A stretch of 63,731 bases of DNA, filler included, from Octopus bimaculoides (taxonomy: Eukaryota), in the NCBI RefSeq assembly GCF_001194135.2. It is 6 parts of 6 records of this genome, joined end to end, with 100 filler letters (N's around TTAATTAATTAA, not from the genome) between each part and the next. Parts side by side here need not be neighbours in the genome. Positions count along the whole stretch, not along the records: positions 1 to 18,873 come from NC_068982.1; positions 18,974 to 33,745 come from NC_069002.1; 4 more parts are not named here. One strand, written 5' to 3'. Position 1 is the stretch's first letter. Each line of letters starts with the position of its first letter. Of this stretch, positions 12,471-26,269 are shown piece after piece. A program made the translations under genes and the position numbers. The notes under the pieces were generated by a model, which was given only the letters and a program-made list of their open reading frames with translations, was not told where the DNA came from and did not search any database.

Positions 12471-13014
12471 AGCAAGTCTAATGAGGATCAGCGTGGAAAG
12501 GCGCTTGAGTTGAAATAGCCACTTTAAATGATAGAGGACTACTACACAGTCATTCGACCTGTTAGTACAAGTAATCATATATCGAAAATATAACGATCTA
12601 AAGTCTGAAAAGAGGATAATAATGACCTACATGGAAATAAGATGTAACAGTGTGAGCTTGAAAGTGCTTGATCAAAGATGTGCACAATCAATGTTGACGG
12701 GGTTTAAAGAGCAACAACAACAGCAACAACATTATAGACAGTAGCGACATTAATTTTCTTTCTCTGGTGCGTTTTTACTTTTTCAATGAGGTCCAAGTTT
12801 GAGTGAAAAGTAGGGAAAGAGAAAGCGAGAAATCGAATGGAAGGGAGAGAGAGAGAGGGTGGAGGGAGGGAGGGAGGGAGAGAGAGTGCATGCGTGTGTA
12901 TATGCAGGTGAATAATATGTACCCCAGCCAGTGTAACTTCATTAGCCGTTGAATATTAACTCCAACAGCAACAATAATATTCTGATTTTCTAGAGAGGAG
13001 GGGGCTAGTCAATA

Positions 13015-13620
13015 ATATCGATCCTAATGCTCAACCAGTACTTATTTTATCGACCTCGAAAATGAAAGGCAAAGTTGATTTCGGTGGAATTTGAACTCAG
13101 AATTTGAACAACCGGAATAATTGCTTCAGTGCATTTTGTCAGTCATACTAATGTTTCTGCTATATCACCACATTAAGAACAATAATAAAATGGTTTCGAA
13201 TTTTGATACAAGGCCAGCAATGTCGAGGAAAGAGTGATTCGATCACATCGATCCCAGTCCTCAACTGATACTTAATTTTATCACCCCCGAAAAGGCAAAC
13301 ATCGACTTCAGCGGAATTTGAACTCAGACCGTAAAGACTGACGAAATGCCACTAAGCATTTTGCACGGCTTGGTAACCACTCTGCCGGCTCGCCGCCTTG
13401 ACAATAATGCTAATAATGTTTTCAACTATAGGCACAAGGCCTGAAAGTTTTAGGGAGGGGGTTAGTCGATTACATCAACCTCGGAACATTTGGTACCTAT
13501 TTTATAGATCCCGAAACTATTAAAGGTAAAGTTGAACTCAGCGGCATTTTAACTCAGAACGTAAAGGCAAACGAAATGTTGCTAAACATTTTGTCCGGCG
13601 TGCAGACGATTTTGCCATCT
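13015..13620 (-). mobile_element. Three tandem family A SINE copies
   Basis: Core ggcaaagt.gac.tcggcggaatttgaactcagaa recurs at ~13070, ~13295 and ~13525. Confidence 0.8.
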
Positions 13621-13643
13621 CTTGTCTTACCGCCTCCACCACC

Positions 13644-13675
<32 letters not shown>

Positions 13676-15445
13676 CAACAGCAATGTTCTTTAAGGGATA
13701 AAGAAAATTATAATGAAAAGTAACACTGATATTAAATCACGAACGCATAAAAAAATATAAGGACGAACAAGAGATAGATAGTCTGAGACAGGCAAATAAA
13801 TAGAAATAGCGACAGAAAGAAAGGGTGAGAGAGAAAGATAGAGAGAGAGAAAGAGAGAGAGAGAAGGAGAGAGACAGAGAGAGTGTGAGTGGAAGAGAAA
13901 TAAAAAAATGCAAAAAAGCTTGGAATTCTGCAGCAGAAATTACATGGGAACGCGTTCTTTAAAACCTGTATTTGAAGCACAAGCAGGAATATAAGCGACT
14001 TATTATATGGGAAAATATAAATGTTATTATATGACGTTATCTTCGTATATTGATGACGTTTCGAAACAAGAAACTTGATAAAATCGCGACTACTGTTGAA
14101 ATATTTAAAGAAAGAAGGGAGATAATTCTAGTTTCACTTTCGTCTATCAGCTGTACATTTATAGACAATATGCCTATAAAATTGTAATGTTTTATGAATA
14201 TAAAAAACATTGCTTTAATAATAAATTGAAACTCAGTAGAAAAATATTAAGTGCAATAGTTTATATTATTAAAAATTATAATTAGTGATGTGAAATATGC
14301 TTAATTTCGTATGTCTACGCGTCATAGTAATAAAAGTAATAAGTATTTCCTTTGTGATGGCTATTCTGCCAGTATATACAGGTGTTTTAATATATGGTGT
14401 GTTGCACACCGTTCTAATGAAAACATGTCATTTGTTTGTTCAATACGTTTCATGGTTAAGTAAAGCTATATGTGTAGGAATAAATCATTATACGAATGTA
14501 CCTGTATGTAAGTCTGCGGCTACGGTCTGCGTCTGAACATATGCACATACAAACAAGCAGTTTATAGATAATAGTTGCCGAAATGAAGAATGGTTCGTGA
14601 GTTGCTCTCAGGTGAACATGTTGCAAACCGTGGTTTTTAAGTAACTATAATTTTCAACTCGTAAAAGTTGTTGCATGTGTTAAAAATATCTTCCACGGAA
14701 TAATAAAAGAATACTTGCTGTACCTTTCTAATATACACATTTAAAATTTTATATTATTTCCAAAATAGTATTCAGCATATAATTATGCTATTGGTCTAAA
14801 AAATGATAGTGTATAGTGTGAAGTGCATGATTAAAAAACAGAAAAAAAAAAAAAAAAAAAAAAAAAATAAAACAAAGTAGTGGCTGTATTTGAGAAAAAG
14901 TTATGAAGTCAGATCTGAGGTTGTAGAATCAATAAGTATATCATCATATCTTAGGTCAAGTAACTTAACAGTCTTTACGCTGTAAGATTCTGTCAAGTCC
15001 GATACTTATTTTTCATAAATTCCATAGATTTAAGTAAGCATAATTGGCAAACAACTAATCTGGTTTGCACATTTAAACCGGTTAGCAAAGGAAATCGAAC
15101 AGATAATGATTAAGCGGTTAACGGTATCAACGATTGTTTCTTGCTCGATTTTTTTTCTTTATCTATTTATACCTTTCTACATATATACAAGCTACAACAC
15201 GCGTAAAACAATAAGTATAACACACACACACACATGCACACACTCAAACACATGCGTGCACACACACACACACACACACACAACATGCACACGCTCCGAC
15301 GGATTCACGCGTGTAGATATATATATCACATATAAATAAGTCGGTATATGTTTTTCATTACGATATGTATGTTTTAATTTGTTCATCACTTTTACATTAA
15401 TTTATATGTATCTGTCTTTCTCTCTCTGCATGCATGTGTTCACAA

Positions 15446-15497
<52 letters not shown>

Positions 15498-15626
15498 ACA
15501 AACACAAGCACACACATGCACATACACAGATGAAAAATATTTAATTTAAGGTATATATATCAAAATAAAGTGCATTGATATATACATACAAAGGCCCAAA
15601 CTCACACCTTCACATATACATGTATA

Positions 15627-15699
<73 letters not shown>

Positions 15700-16261
15700 G
15701 TGCGCGTGCGTGTGGGTGTATGTGTGTATACATTTAGGCCTCCTATATGACGATCGAAATTGATGTACAATTAATGTACATATATTGGGACAGCTACAGA
15801 AACATAGAACAAACGTGCTTAAAGACGTTGATAAATGTAACTTAATTATTAAATATGTTCCTTATTCTAAGCTAGGTGACAGACAACTTTGAAACTGAGA
15901 GTAGCTTTTCCTTCTTCTCAATAACCATTGATTTTCGCATCTTATTTAAATTTCTTTCCAAGGTCACACACATAACAGACGGAGACACATATAATCACAC
16001 AGGAGGTACCCCGCATACAATCTTGTCATAAACATACAACAAAAACATAAAGACAATAACAACAATGACGACGACGACAACGATGACATCGACAAAAACG
16101 ATGATAAACACTACCATTACATTCACGTAACAATAATAATAAGAAAACAACAGCAACAAACATGTTTAGCGAACAAAATTCAACTTTAACCGGAGTAAAT
16201 TTGTCCAAATTTATTTATATTTTACATTGAACCTTATGTATGGTATGTTGATATTTTGTTA

Positions 16262-16286
16262 CATCTATCTATCTATCCATCCATCC

Positions 16287-16362
<76 letters not shown>

Positions 16363-16371
16363 GTCTATCTG

Positions 16372-16408
<37 letters not shown>

Positions 16409-16420
16409 ATATCTATCTAT
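16262..16420. repeat. (TATC)n microsatellite
   Basis: Tetranucleotide run; gives YLSI repeats in the ORF track. Confidence 0.95.
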
Positions 16421-16680
16421 TCTTTCAAATATATGTCTGTCATTTTTGTTTGTGTTTCTTTTAAACTAAACCTTCCACTTCTCTGTTTTTTAATGTTTGC
16501 ATCAGTATGCAACTATGTGTGAGTGAGTGAGTTTCAATGTGTGTATGTGTGTGTGTGTGTATGTGTGTGTGTGTATGTGTGTGTATGTGTTTGTGTTTGT
16601 GTTAAAGTTCTGTCTCTTAATCAGTTTATAGCCGGTAAATCTATTGCTTAGAAGTGATATTACCACGTTACCATCCTGCA

Positions 16681-17290
16681 GTGACACTATCTCAAGCTTC
16701 CTGTTGTGATACTATCTCAACCACCTTGTATTGACAATATATCTACCAAACTATTACGATGCTATCTCAGCCACCCAGCAGTGAAACTATAAGCAGTCAC
16801 TTGGCTGTGACACTATTTCTTTGTGAAACTACATCTACAGTATCAATGTTTCTTCCATCCCTTTGTGATACTAACTTTACCTTCCTGCAAGGACACTGTC
16901 ACATTCATCCTGCAGTGTTACTATATCAGCCACCCTTTCGGGATACTATTTCCATTATCCCGTTGCAAAACTATGTCAACAAGGCAGTGGTAACATAGTA
17001 TCAATACTTTGATACGACACTATCTCACCAACCTTTTTGTGACACTATCTCTACTACTTAGGAGCGACGCTTTGCCACACTGTAGTGTTCTTTCTATCAA
17101 CCTGATGTGATGCGATCTGAATTTATCTTCTAGTGACACTCTCTCTCTTCCATTCGGTTTTGACTGTACTTCTACCACCCAGCAGTGAAAAACCCTGTCT
17201 CTACAATCCCGTCTCCCATCAACTTTCCTGTATTACTATTTCTAACTGTGACACTGTCTACCACAATGCAGTGATTCAGGGTGACTTAAT
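16681..17290. repeat. Highly degenerate ~25-bp minisatellite with GTGACACTATCTC core
   Basis: Core variants gtgacactatctc/gtgatactatctc/gtgaaactat recur about every 25 bp (~20+ units) with variable C-rich spacers. Confidence 0.7.
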
Positions 17291-17444
17291 ATATCAACCC
17301 TCCTCTGTGTCTAGTAAACCTGTTGATATTGTCCACACTGGACTCATCCGCTTCATACATTCTTTTACTTCTACTTTTGCTTTATTCCACATTCATCTAG
17401 AATTGTTGTTATCCATACTATCAATCAACGTACGAACCCTTCTA

Positions 17445-17745
17445 CCTATCTACCTACCTACCTACCTACCTACCTACCTACCTACATACATACATACATA
17501 CATACTTACCTACCTATATATCACCTACATAACTACCTCATTACCTAAATGCCTACCTACTCACCTACTTACCTATCTACTTATCTACTTACCTTCCTAC
17601 CTAAATATCTACCTATACACCTACTTCTTACCTACACCCTGTCAGCGTAACCTACCTACCTACCAACCTACCTACCTACACTAACTATCGACCTACCTAT
17701 TTACCTACATATTTACCTCTAAGCATACGTTCATACATAACTACC
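17445..17745. repeat. Degenerate (TACC)n microsatellite
   Basis: Interrupted tacc/taca runs. Confidence 0.9.
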
Positions 17746-18374
17746 TATATATATATATATATNNNNNNNNNNNNNNNNNNNNNNNNNNNNNNNNNNNNNN
17801 NNNNNNNNNNNNNNNNNNNNNNNNNNNNNNNNNNNNNNNNNNNNNNNNNNNNNNNNNNNNNNNNNNNNNNNNNNNNNNNNNNNNNNNNNNNNNNNNNNNN
17901 NNNNNNNNNNNNNNNNNNNNNNNNNNNNNNNNNNNNNNNNNNNNNNNNNNNNNNNNNNNNNNNNNNNNNNNNNNNNNNNNNNNNNNNNNNNNNNNNNNNN
18001 NNNNNNNNNNNNNNNNNNNNNNNNNNNNNNNNNNNNNNNNNNNNNNNNNNNNNNNNNNNNNNNNNNNNNNNNNNNNNNNNNNNNNNNNNNNNNNNNNNNN
18101 NNNNNNNNNNNNNNNNNNNNNNNNNNNNNNNNNNNNNNNNNNNNNNNNNNNNNNNNNNNNNNNNNNNNNNNNNNNNNNNNNNNNNNNNNNNNNNNNNNNN
18201 NNNNNNNNNNNNNNNNNNNNNNNNNNNNNNNNNNNNNNNNNNNNNNNNNNNNNNNNNNNNNNNNNNNNNNNNNNNNNNNNNNNNNNNNNNNNNNNNNNNN
18301 NNNNNNNNNNATATATATATATATATATACATACCTACATACCTATATGACTAATTACCTACATTTCTACCGAC

Positions 18375-18417
<43 letters not shown>

Positions 18418-18980
18418 CGTCAGTTATATAATTCTCATCCCATTCTATTTTGTTTTATTTCATTTTGTTTAATTTACAACCCCAGTACCACCCCGACTCC
18501 CTCTTTCTCTCTCACTCTCTGTCTGACTGTCTGTCTGTCTCTCACTCTCTCCAGGTACGCGCACACATATATGTTCTATGAAGGTTGATATTTTAAAATG
18601 AATAAAGGAATTAGAACCGAACACTTACTGATGGGGTGATTCAATAGAAAGAGCAGTCAAGTTTGTAAATTTCAAGTTGACTGCGATTTAAAGTTTCGCG
18701 TATCGACTTGCTCTTATATATACACATCTATGAGTATACGTATGCATGTGTGTTCGTGTATATGCATATGTGTGTGTGTGTGTGCGTGCGTGTGTATGCG
18801 TATGTGTGTGTGCGTGTTTGTACATATATAGGGTAAACAGGGGGGATCAACATCCAAATGAAATTACTATATANNNNNNNNNNNNNNNNNNNNNNNNNNN
18901 NNNNNNNNNNNNNNNNNTTAATTAATTAANNNNNNNNNNNNNNNNNNNNNNNNNNNNNNNNNNNNNNNNNNNNATAATAC

Positions 18981-19259
18981 CATATTCTATTGTGTCTGGG
19001 GAGAGTCATTTTCTTATTGTGCCTTAAAATTTAACACACTCACCGTTAAAATTTACACTTATTATTTTTTTTAAATTTTCCTAAAATTTTCGTTGCGTTT
19101 TGCAACCTTTTCAATAATCAAGACTATTGAAAAGGTTGCAAGACGCAACGAAAATTTTAGAAAAATAAAAATAAGAAATAAGTGGAAATTTTACCGGTGA
19201 GTGTGTCAAATTTTAAGGCACAATAAGAAAATGACTTTCCCCAGACACAACAGAATATG
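18981..19259. repeat. Foldback inverted repeat, ~135-bp arms, 8-nt loop
   Basis: 18981-19116 is the reverse complement of 19125-19259 with scattered substitutions; loop atcaagac. Confidence 0.93.
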
Positions 19260-19674
19260 CTTCAGCACACGAAATCACATAAAAAATCTTGCAAACCAAA
19301 TCCAAAAACGAAATATAATAATACCAATAATCCTAGAATGGAGTTTATAAACATTTAATGCATCACTACGCGCGTTTCCACAAATCACATGACTTTTTAG
19401 ATCACAGTCCGTATTCAAGGGACGAATTATTGTTATTATATGTGTGCGTTTGTGTTTGTGTATGTGTGTGTGTGTAACTATGTATGTATATGTATTTACT
19501 TCATTAAAGTTACTTGAAACAATTTAATGATGTAAATTAATTCAGTATTTTGAAGGAAAGCATGTATTCTCATAAGATAAATATGAAACACTGAACATTT
19601 GTTTCAGATTTTATGTTGATTTGTAGATTTATTGCGCCATTGATGAACTTTTGTATGAGTGCAAATCTCATATA

Positions 19675-19795
19675 TAAATGTACCGTACAAGCAATGGGGT
19701 AACGGCTGATTCATTCAGAAATCGTTATCGCAACCATGTCGTCAGCTTCAAGAAAATCAACAAGAGATATTCAACGAGTCTGAGTAACTGTTAAC
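19675..19795 (+). mobile_element. PLE GIY-YIG endonuclease fragment
   Basis: ..GVTADSFRNRYRNHVVSFKKINKRYSTSLSN resembles the YIG-T..FK.RY.NH..SF....ST.LS segment also seen at 39.7-39.8 kb. Confidence 0.6.
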
Positions 19796-20416
19796 CTAAT
19801 TAATACTCATAATTAACTTTAAGGTATGGATGAATTAAATTTTGCTCTAACCTCTTCATTCTTATAAACAAGTAGGTATTTAATTCTCTATGTAATTCGC
19901 ATGTGCGTCAAACCACCCGTATGTATATGCTTATATGTTCGTGGATATTTGTACGAAAGAATGTACGTCCACCATACAGCCTACGCGTGGACGTTTATAC
20001 ATCCATATCCACTAACAGTTATATTTAAAACTATTTTCGCTGTATTGTGTATCCGTTTCTTTTCTGCATTTGTTATTTTTTATAATTGATCTTCTATATA
20101 AATGAAGCTATATCCTTTAATTTGCTCCTTTTCTTTACACGCATTCAGAATATAGTTCGCGGAACAGTTATTATTTTAAAGAGTTATATCTGATTATCAC
20201 TCGAAGAGACACATCTACATCGACGGATATTCCTAAACAAGTTGTTGAGCATCCTGCTCGTGATAGATCGATGCTAGATGGATCGAAACAATTGTAGTGA
20301 TTAATAAACATTCTCGTATCTTCTATCTTCAGTCTCTCTTCACAACTAACACTGTGAAAGTGAACGTGCTTTACCAAAAAGCTACCAGGTATATACTATA
20401 CTTTTTATTATCTAAT

Positions 20417-20466
<50 letters not shown>

Positions 20467-20620
20467 TATATATATATATATATATATATCAGATGGGGGT
20501 CATTATAATTTTTCAACGGTGGTGCCCCAGCATGACTGTAGGTTTGGAGCTGAAGCACTTTAAAGATATTTATATACACATATACATATAAGCATGCATA
20601 CATACACTCGCGCGCGCATA

Positions 20621-20666
<46 letters not shown>

Positions 20667-21984
20667 AATTAATTATTATTCAATATTAACAATGTCAGTC
20701 GGCACTAAAGAGTCGGTCTGTGAAACCACTCGGGTTACATTCCTAAAATTCGTGTTTACCAATTTCTGTGCGAGTCGCCTTCGTTCAATTTATATTGGGT
20801 TGCGATAAGAGCAGAAGGAGGAGAAGTTTAAAAATAGGTTATTTTTTACGAAGGGAATATAAAATAGAGGTTGCTATTGCGGAATCGTGAGGGAACACTG
20901 CTGAGAGCACCTTCACTAATCATTTCTTGTCTTGCTCTTGTTTCAATAATTGAAAGACGGCCATTCTGTGGCACCAATTTGTTTATAACCCACTTAGAGA
21001 TTCACTTCATCTATCAGCTCATAGATATTCTTGAGCAAATACTCGTTGTTGAGTTTGTCAGCGTCTTCACAATGGTACAATAAACCATTGCATTTGCTTT
21101 GGATTCCTTCAAAATTCTTTAAAATATCTTTGAAGAAATCCTTTACTCTTTATGAAGTTAATTCTTTATGTTACCATTCAAAGGTTTTATATTAACTCTA
21201 CCCTAACGAATAATTTGTATAAAATTTATGAAGGAGTTTTATGAAATGGGAATCTCCTTGGTTGATTTCCCGACTGATGTTGTATTACGAAATTGCGTCA
21301 CATTGTAACTAATTAAAACAGTTTAGTAACCAGTATGTTTTTGTTTCGATCCTCTGTTGAAATCAGTGGTCCCCGCCCATTGGTGGATGTCACTGATGAG
21401 GAAAGTTCAAACAGTTTATTTTATCAATTATCTGATCCAATGAATATTGATTCTGTAGCGTTAATGAATTATTTTGTCCTGATTTAATCCGATCATTTTT
21501 ACTCATTGATTTAGTTCATAGGTGACACTACCAAATAATTCAGCTGAGGAGCTACGTGTGGTTACCCACGGTTATAATACCGTCACTGCTGCTGCTACTG
21601 CTATTGGTGTTGTTTGGGCCTCCGGGTCAGTTCTGGTAGAGCAGAACTATAATCATATGCGAGACCATATGACATACTGCATTTAGAGATACATTATTTA
21701 TGTCCTTCACATCTTTTAAGAAAATAGTAGGAGATGATTTAAAGGGGATTTGGTTTCTATTTTTAGCAGTACGAGTAACCAGGTAAATTTGAAGTGAATA
21801 ACACTCAGTTTGCTCTTAAACTGAAGCCGCCGTTTGACAGAAACATGAACAGAAAACGTTTGAGCCAAGACACATATTTAGGTTACTTTCAACGCCCCAT
21901 GGGGCATAAACAATTTTCTATTAACTTTAATATCAGTTTTGTGATATTAATCATAAGTTGAAATACGGGTTGATTAATGACGTC

Positions 21985-22292
21985 ATTGGCGTATCTTGTT
22001 GTTGGTACTCCACAAACACGTGTACCCTTAACGTAGTTCTCGGGGAGATTCAGCGTGACACAGTGTGACAAGGCTGACCCTCTGAATTACAGGCACAACA
22101 GAAACAGGAAGTAAGAGTGAGAGAAAGTTGTGGTGGAAGAGTACAGCAGGGTTCGCCACCATCCCCTGCCGGAGCCTTGTGGAGCTTTAGGTGTTTTCGC
22201 TCAATAAACACTCACAACGCCCGGTCTGGGAATCGAAACCGCGATCCTATGACCGCGGGTCCACTGCCCTTACCACTGGGCCATTGCGCCTC
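21985..22292 (-). mobile_element. tRNA-derived SINE (family B), CpG-intact copy
   Basis: Minus strand begins ggaggcgcaatggcccagtggtaagggcag...ggtttcgattccc (A/B boxes). Second copy at 41190-41535. Confidence 0.88.
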
Positions 22293-23439
22293 CGAACAAT
22301 CGCAAAATAGATACCGAGTAAACATTTCTCTTTTCTAAGAGACCCACGCAGGAAAGTAAGCAATTTTGAAATCTTGTAGCATCAACCGTTATCCTAGACT
22401 GAAATAGATATTGTTAGCATTTCATGTCACCTGCAATCTCGATTCATACTCGCGTCAGTCATTTAGGCCAACTGTCCGCAATAACAAATCTTGGTTGAGC
22501 AATTCTCCTGAAAATACGACAGTGTCAATGTGAAACCTAAGGTATCAGAATTTTTAGTTAAATTTCAATGAAAAATGTACAATTCAGCGTTCGGCTTCGG
22601 GTTCTCCGTACTTCCTCTTTCAGTTCGATATAGTGTGCGCTTGTGTGTGTTTGTGTGTGTGTGTGTGTGTGTTTGTGTATGTGTGTGTATGTGTGCTTCT
22701 GTGTGTGTGTCTGTTTGCGCGAGTGTGTACACATATACATATATATTTATATATATATATTCCTACATATATATATATATATATACATGCATATATATAT
22801 ATGTGTGTGTCTGTGCGTGTGAATATATGTGAATTTGAAGAGAAAGAGGGAGGGGAAGAGAGAGAAAGAGAAAGAGAAAGAGAAAGAGAGAGAGTATGAG
22901 TGCAAGTGAATGAAATACAAAGAAGACAACAAAAAAATGTACAGATATCTAAAGAGAAAAGTTATTTAGTGCAGTTGCATGTTTCGTTGTTAAACAGTTT
23001 TTTTTTTCTTCAATAAGAGTTTGAGATTCTAAGAATGGAAAAAGAAGTAACATCAGATGGAAGTTTGCCCTGGAAGAGGGAAACAAATTAGTANNNNNNN
23101 NNNNNNNNNNNNNNNNNNNNNNNNNNNNNNNNNNNNNNNNNNNNNNNNNNNNNNNNNNNNNNNNNNNNNNNNNNNNNNNNNNNNNNNNNNNNNNNNNNNN
23201 NNNNNNNNNNNNNNNNNNNNNNNNNNNNNNNNNNNNNNNNNNNNNNNNNNNNNNNNNNNNNNNNNNNNNNNNNNNNNNNNNNNNNNNNNNNNNNNNNNNN
23301 NNNNNNNNNNNNNNNNNNNNNNNNNNNNNNNNNNNNNNNNNNNNNNNNNNNNNNNNNNNNNNNNNNNNNNNNNNNNNNNNNNNNNNNNNNNNNNNNNNNN
23401 NNNNNNNNNNNNNNNNNNNNNNNNNNNNNNNNNNNNNNN

Positions 23440-23480
<41 letters not shown>

Positions 23481-23528
23481 GTGCATTTGTGTTTAATATA
23501 TATATGAACATACATATATGCATAAATG

Positions 23529-23564
<36 letters not shown>

Positions 23565-23630
23565 TATATACATATATATATATGTGTGTGGAGAGAGAGA
23601 GCTGTACATATATGCATGCATTAGTGTACT

Positions 23631-23663
<33 letters not shown>

Positions 23664-23976
23664 GTAGGTATGTATGTTTAGTCGTACAAACTGGATAAAT
23701 GTTAATAGAACTGAAAATACATTTCTATTGCAACAAAATGACTGACGGCCGAGAGTTTCCCACATTTTATGTCGAGTACCCGTTTCTGCGAGACTCTCTG
23801 ATTACGAGGTTCCTTCTTCCATCATGTAATTCAGAGTTTAATTCCATCGTTCCATCGTGCTGTAGTATGGGCAAGTGCCTTCTAGAATCACGTCAACAAA
23901 CGAAAGCAACGAGATGCCCCATGAGATGAACTGTATTTTTACCACCACCATCTGTTGCTTGAATACCTTTGGCAAA

Positions 23977-24047
23977 GTGGAGGCGCGTGGTCTAGTGGTT
24001 AGAGTATTGGACTCATGATCGTAAGATCGTGGTTTCGATTCCTGGCA
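23977..24047 (+). mobile_element. Isolated tRNA-like SINE head
   Basis: ggaggcgcgtggtctagtggttagagtattggactcatgatcgtaagatcgtggtttcgattcctgg has A/B boxes but an unpaired anticodon stem. Confidence 0.65.
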
Positions 24048-24120
24048 AAATTGTTCGCATGTCGGACCTGATGCTTAGTGGTATTTCTTCCGGCTCCTTA
24101 TGTTCTGAAACAAGGTTTGG

Positions 24121-24174
24121 ATACTGCATTTAATGCCTACTTTCTAAACCTCAATTCTTTAATTTTAAATATCA

Positions 24175-24224
<50 letters not shown>

Positions 24225-24368
24225 ATATACATATATAAATGTATATATTATATATGTGTGTGTGTGCGTACGTGTGTGTGTGTGTGTAGAAAGAGAGAGA
24301 GAGAGAGAAAGAGAGAAGTTTAAAATCAAAGAATTAAGGTTTAAAAAGTATGCGTTAAATGCAGTATT
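24121..24368. repeat. ~49-bp inverted repeat enclosing microsatellites
   Basis: atactgcatttaatgcctactttctaaacctcaattctttaattttaaa (24121-24169) vs the reverse complement of 24319-24368. Confidence 0.88.
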
Positions 24369-24424
24369 CACACGCACACACACACAAATATATATATATA
24401 TATCTGTGTGTGTGTGTGTGTGTT

Positions 24425-24650
24425 ATTTCTTTACTACCCACAAGGGGCTACACACAGAGGGTCAAACAAAGACAGACAAACGGATTAAGTCGATAATATC
24501 GACCCCAGTGCGTAACTGGTACTTATTTAATCGACCCCGAAAGGATGAAAGGCAAAGTCGACCTCGGCGGAATTTGAACTCAGAACGTAGCGGCAGACGA
24601 AATACCGCTAAGCATTTCGCCCGGCGTGCTAACGTCTCTGCCAGCTCGCC
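24425..24650 (-). mobile_element. Young full-length family A SINE
   Basis: Minus strand ggcgagctggcagagacgttagcacgccgggcgaaatgcttagcggtatttcg...gagttcaaattccgccgaggtcgactttgcctttcatcctttcggggtcgattaaataagtaccag; CpGs retained. Confidence 0.92.
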
Positions 24651-24653
24651 GTG

Positions 24654-24744
<91 letters not shown>

Positions 24745-25317
24745 AATATATGTATGAATCCTTTTGTTTTTGATTGTCTCTTGGTATTGGTTTTATTCAC
24801 GTCCTCTTTATATAGTGGTTTGGCAAAAGCGAGCAATAAAATAAGGACCATATTTTAAAATAAGGGCAAGAGTCGATTTGTTGGATAAAACCTTTGAAGA
24901 CGGAGCCACCGCATAATCGCAGCCCGAAGACTGAAACAAGCACAAGAACTGAAGAATAAAACACAAAAACAAAAGGTATTGGACCACTTTAGAAGATTCT
25001 TGAGATGTGAGGTGGTGGGATTAGTGGTTGAGGCGGTGGCGCTGTTTGTTAGTATTTACTGGCCACAAACTCCATTTCGACCATCATTTTGTCTGTGTGC
25101 CTGTCTCTCTTCCATATCACACACCAAACAACCAAGCGACGAACAAAAGAGTTTTTAATGACTTATTCATTACGGTCGCACTTGACATTGTGTAGCCGAG
25201 CAGATGGTGACGACGAACATTTGACAACATCGCAACTACACACACACACACACATACACATACTCAAATACACACGTGTATATATCCATAGTATTCTTAA
25301 GCACGTTACATATATAA

Positions 25318-25350
<33 letters not shown>

Positions 25351-25777
25351 NNNNNNNNNNNNNNNNNNNNNNNNNNNNNNNNNNNNNNNNNNNNNNNNNN
25401 NNNNNNNNNNNNNNNNNNNNNNNNNNNNNNNNNNNNNNNNNNNNNNNNNNNNNNNNNNNNNNNNNNNNNNNNNNNNNNNNNNNNNNNNNNNNNNNNNNNN
25501 NNNNNNNNNNNNNNNNNNNNNNNNNNNNNNNNNNNNNNNNNNNNNNNNNNNNNNNNNNNNNNNNNNNNNNNNNNNNNNNNNNNNNNNNNNNNNNNNNNNN
25601 NNNNNNNNNNNNNNNNNNNNNNNNNNNNNNNNNNNNNNNNNNNNNNNNNNNNNNNNNNNNNNNNNNNNNNNNNNNNNNNNNNNNNNNNNNNNNNNNNNNN
25701 NNNNNNNNNNNNNNNNNNNNNNNNNNNNNNNNNNNNNNNNNNNNNNNNAAATCTCTCTCTCTTTCTCTCTCTCTCTT

Positions 25778-25809
<32 letters not shown>

Positions 25810-25836
25810 GCTTTCTCCACACACACACATAAATAA

Positions 25837-25872
<36 letters not shown>

Positions 25873-25888
25873 GTAGATAGGTAGATAG

Positions 25889-25944
<56 letters not shown>

Positions 25945-26269
25945 GTAGATAGACAGATAGATGAGAACGTGTATGTATTTAAATATTTATAAACACCATT
26001 ATGTTCGACCGTGCTTGAGTGTACGTATATAAACAGATCTCCATATACACACATATATCCACATACATACATAACATATACATGGACATAGACGCACACA
26101 CATACTCCTCCCCCACCGCCCCATCTCACTACACGTGCATCCGTATTAGTTCCATCTCAAAGTGTGACATGTTACACTGGATGACAATTACCCACAATTG
26201 ACAAATTGACAAAAGTTCTTCATTAATCAACTTACTTTAACAACACTGGGGGAGGGGGGAAGGACTACA

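Noticed and set aside
18918-18929. TTAATTAATTAA islands inside N runs (also 33790-33801, 58211-58222, 60301-60312, 62615-62626)
   Set aside because: An identical 12-mer centred in gaps that gives stops in all six frames: an assembly/scaffolding linker, not biology.
23977-24047. Possible tRNA gene (CAT in anticodon position)
   Set aside because: Anticodon and acceptor stems do not pair and the sequence matches SINE heads elsewhere in the window.
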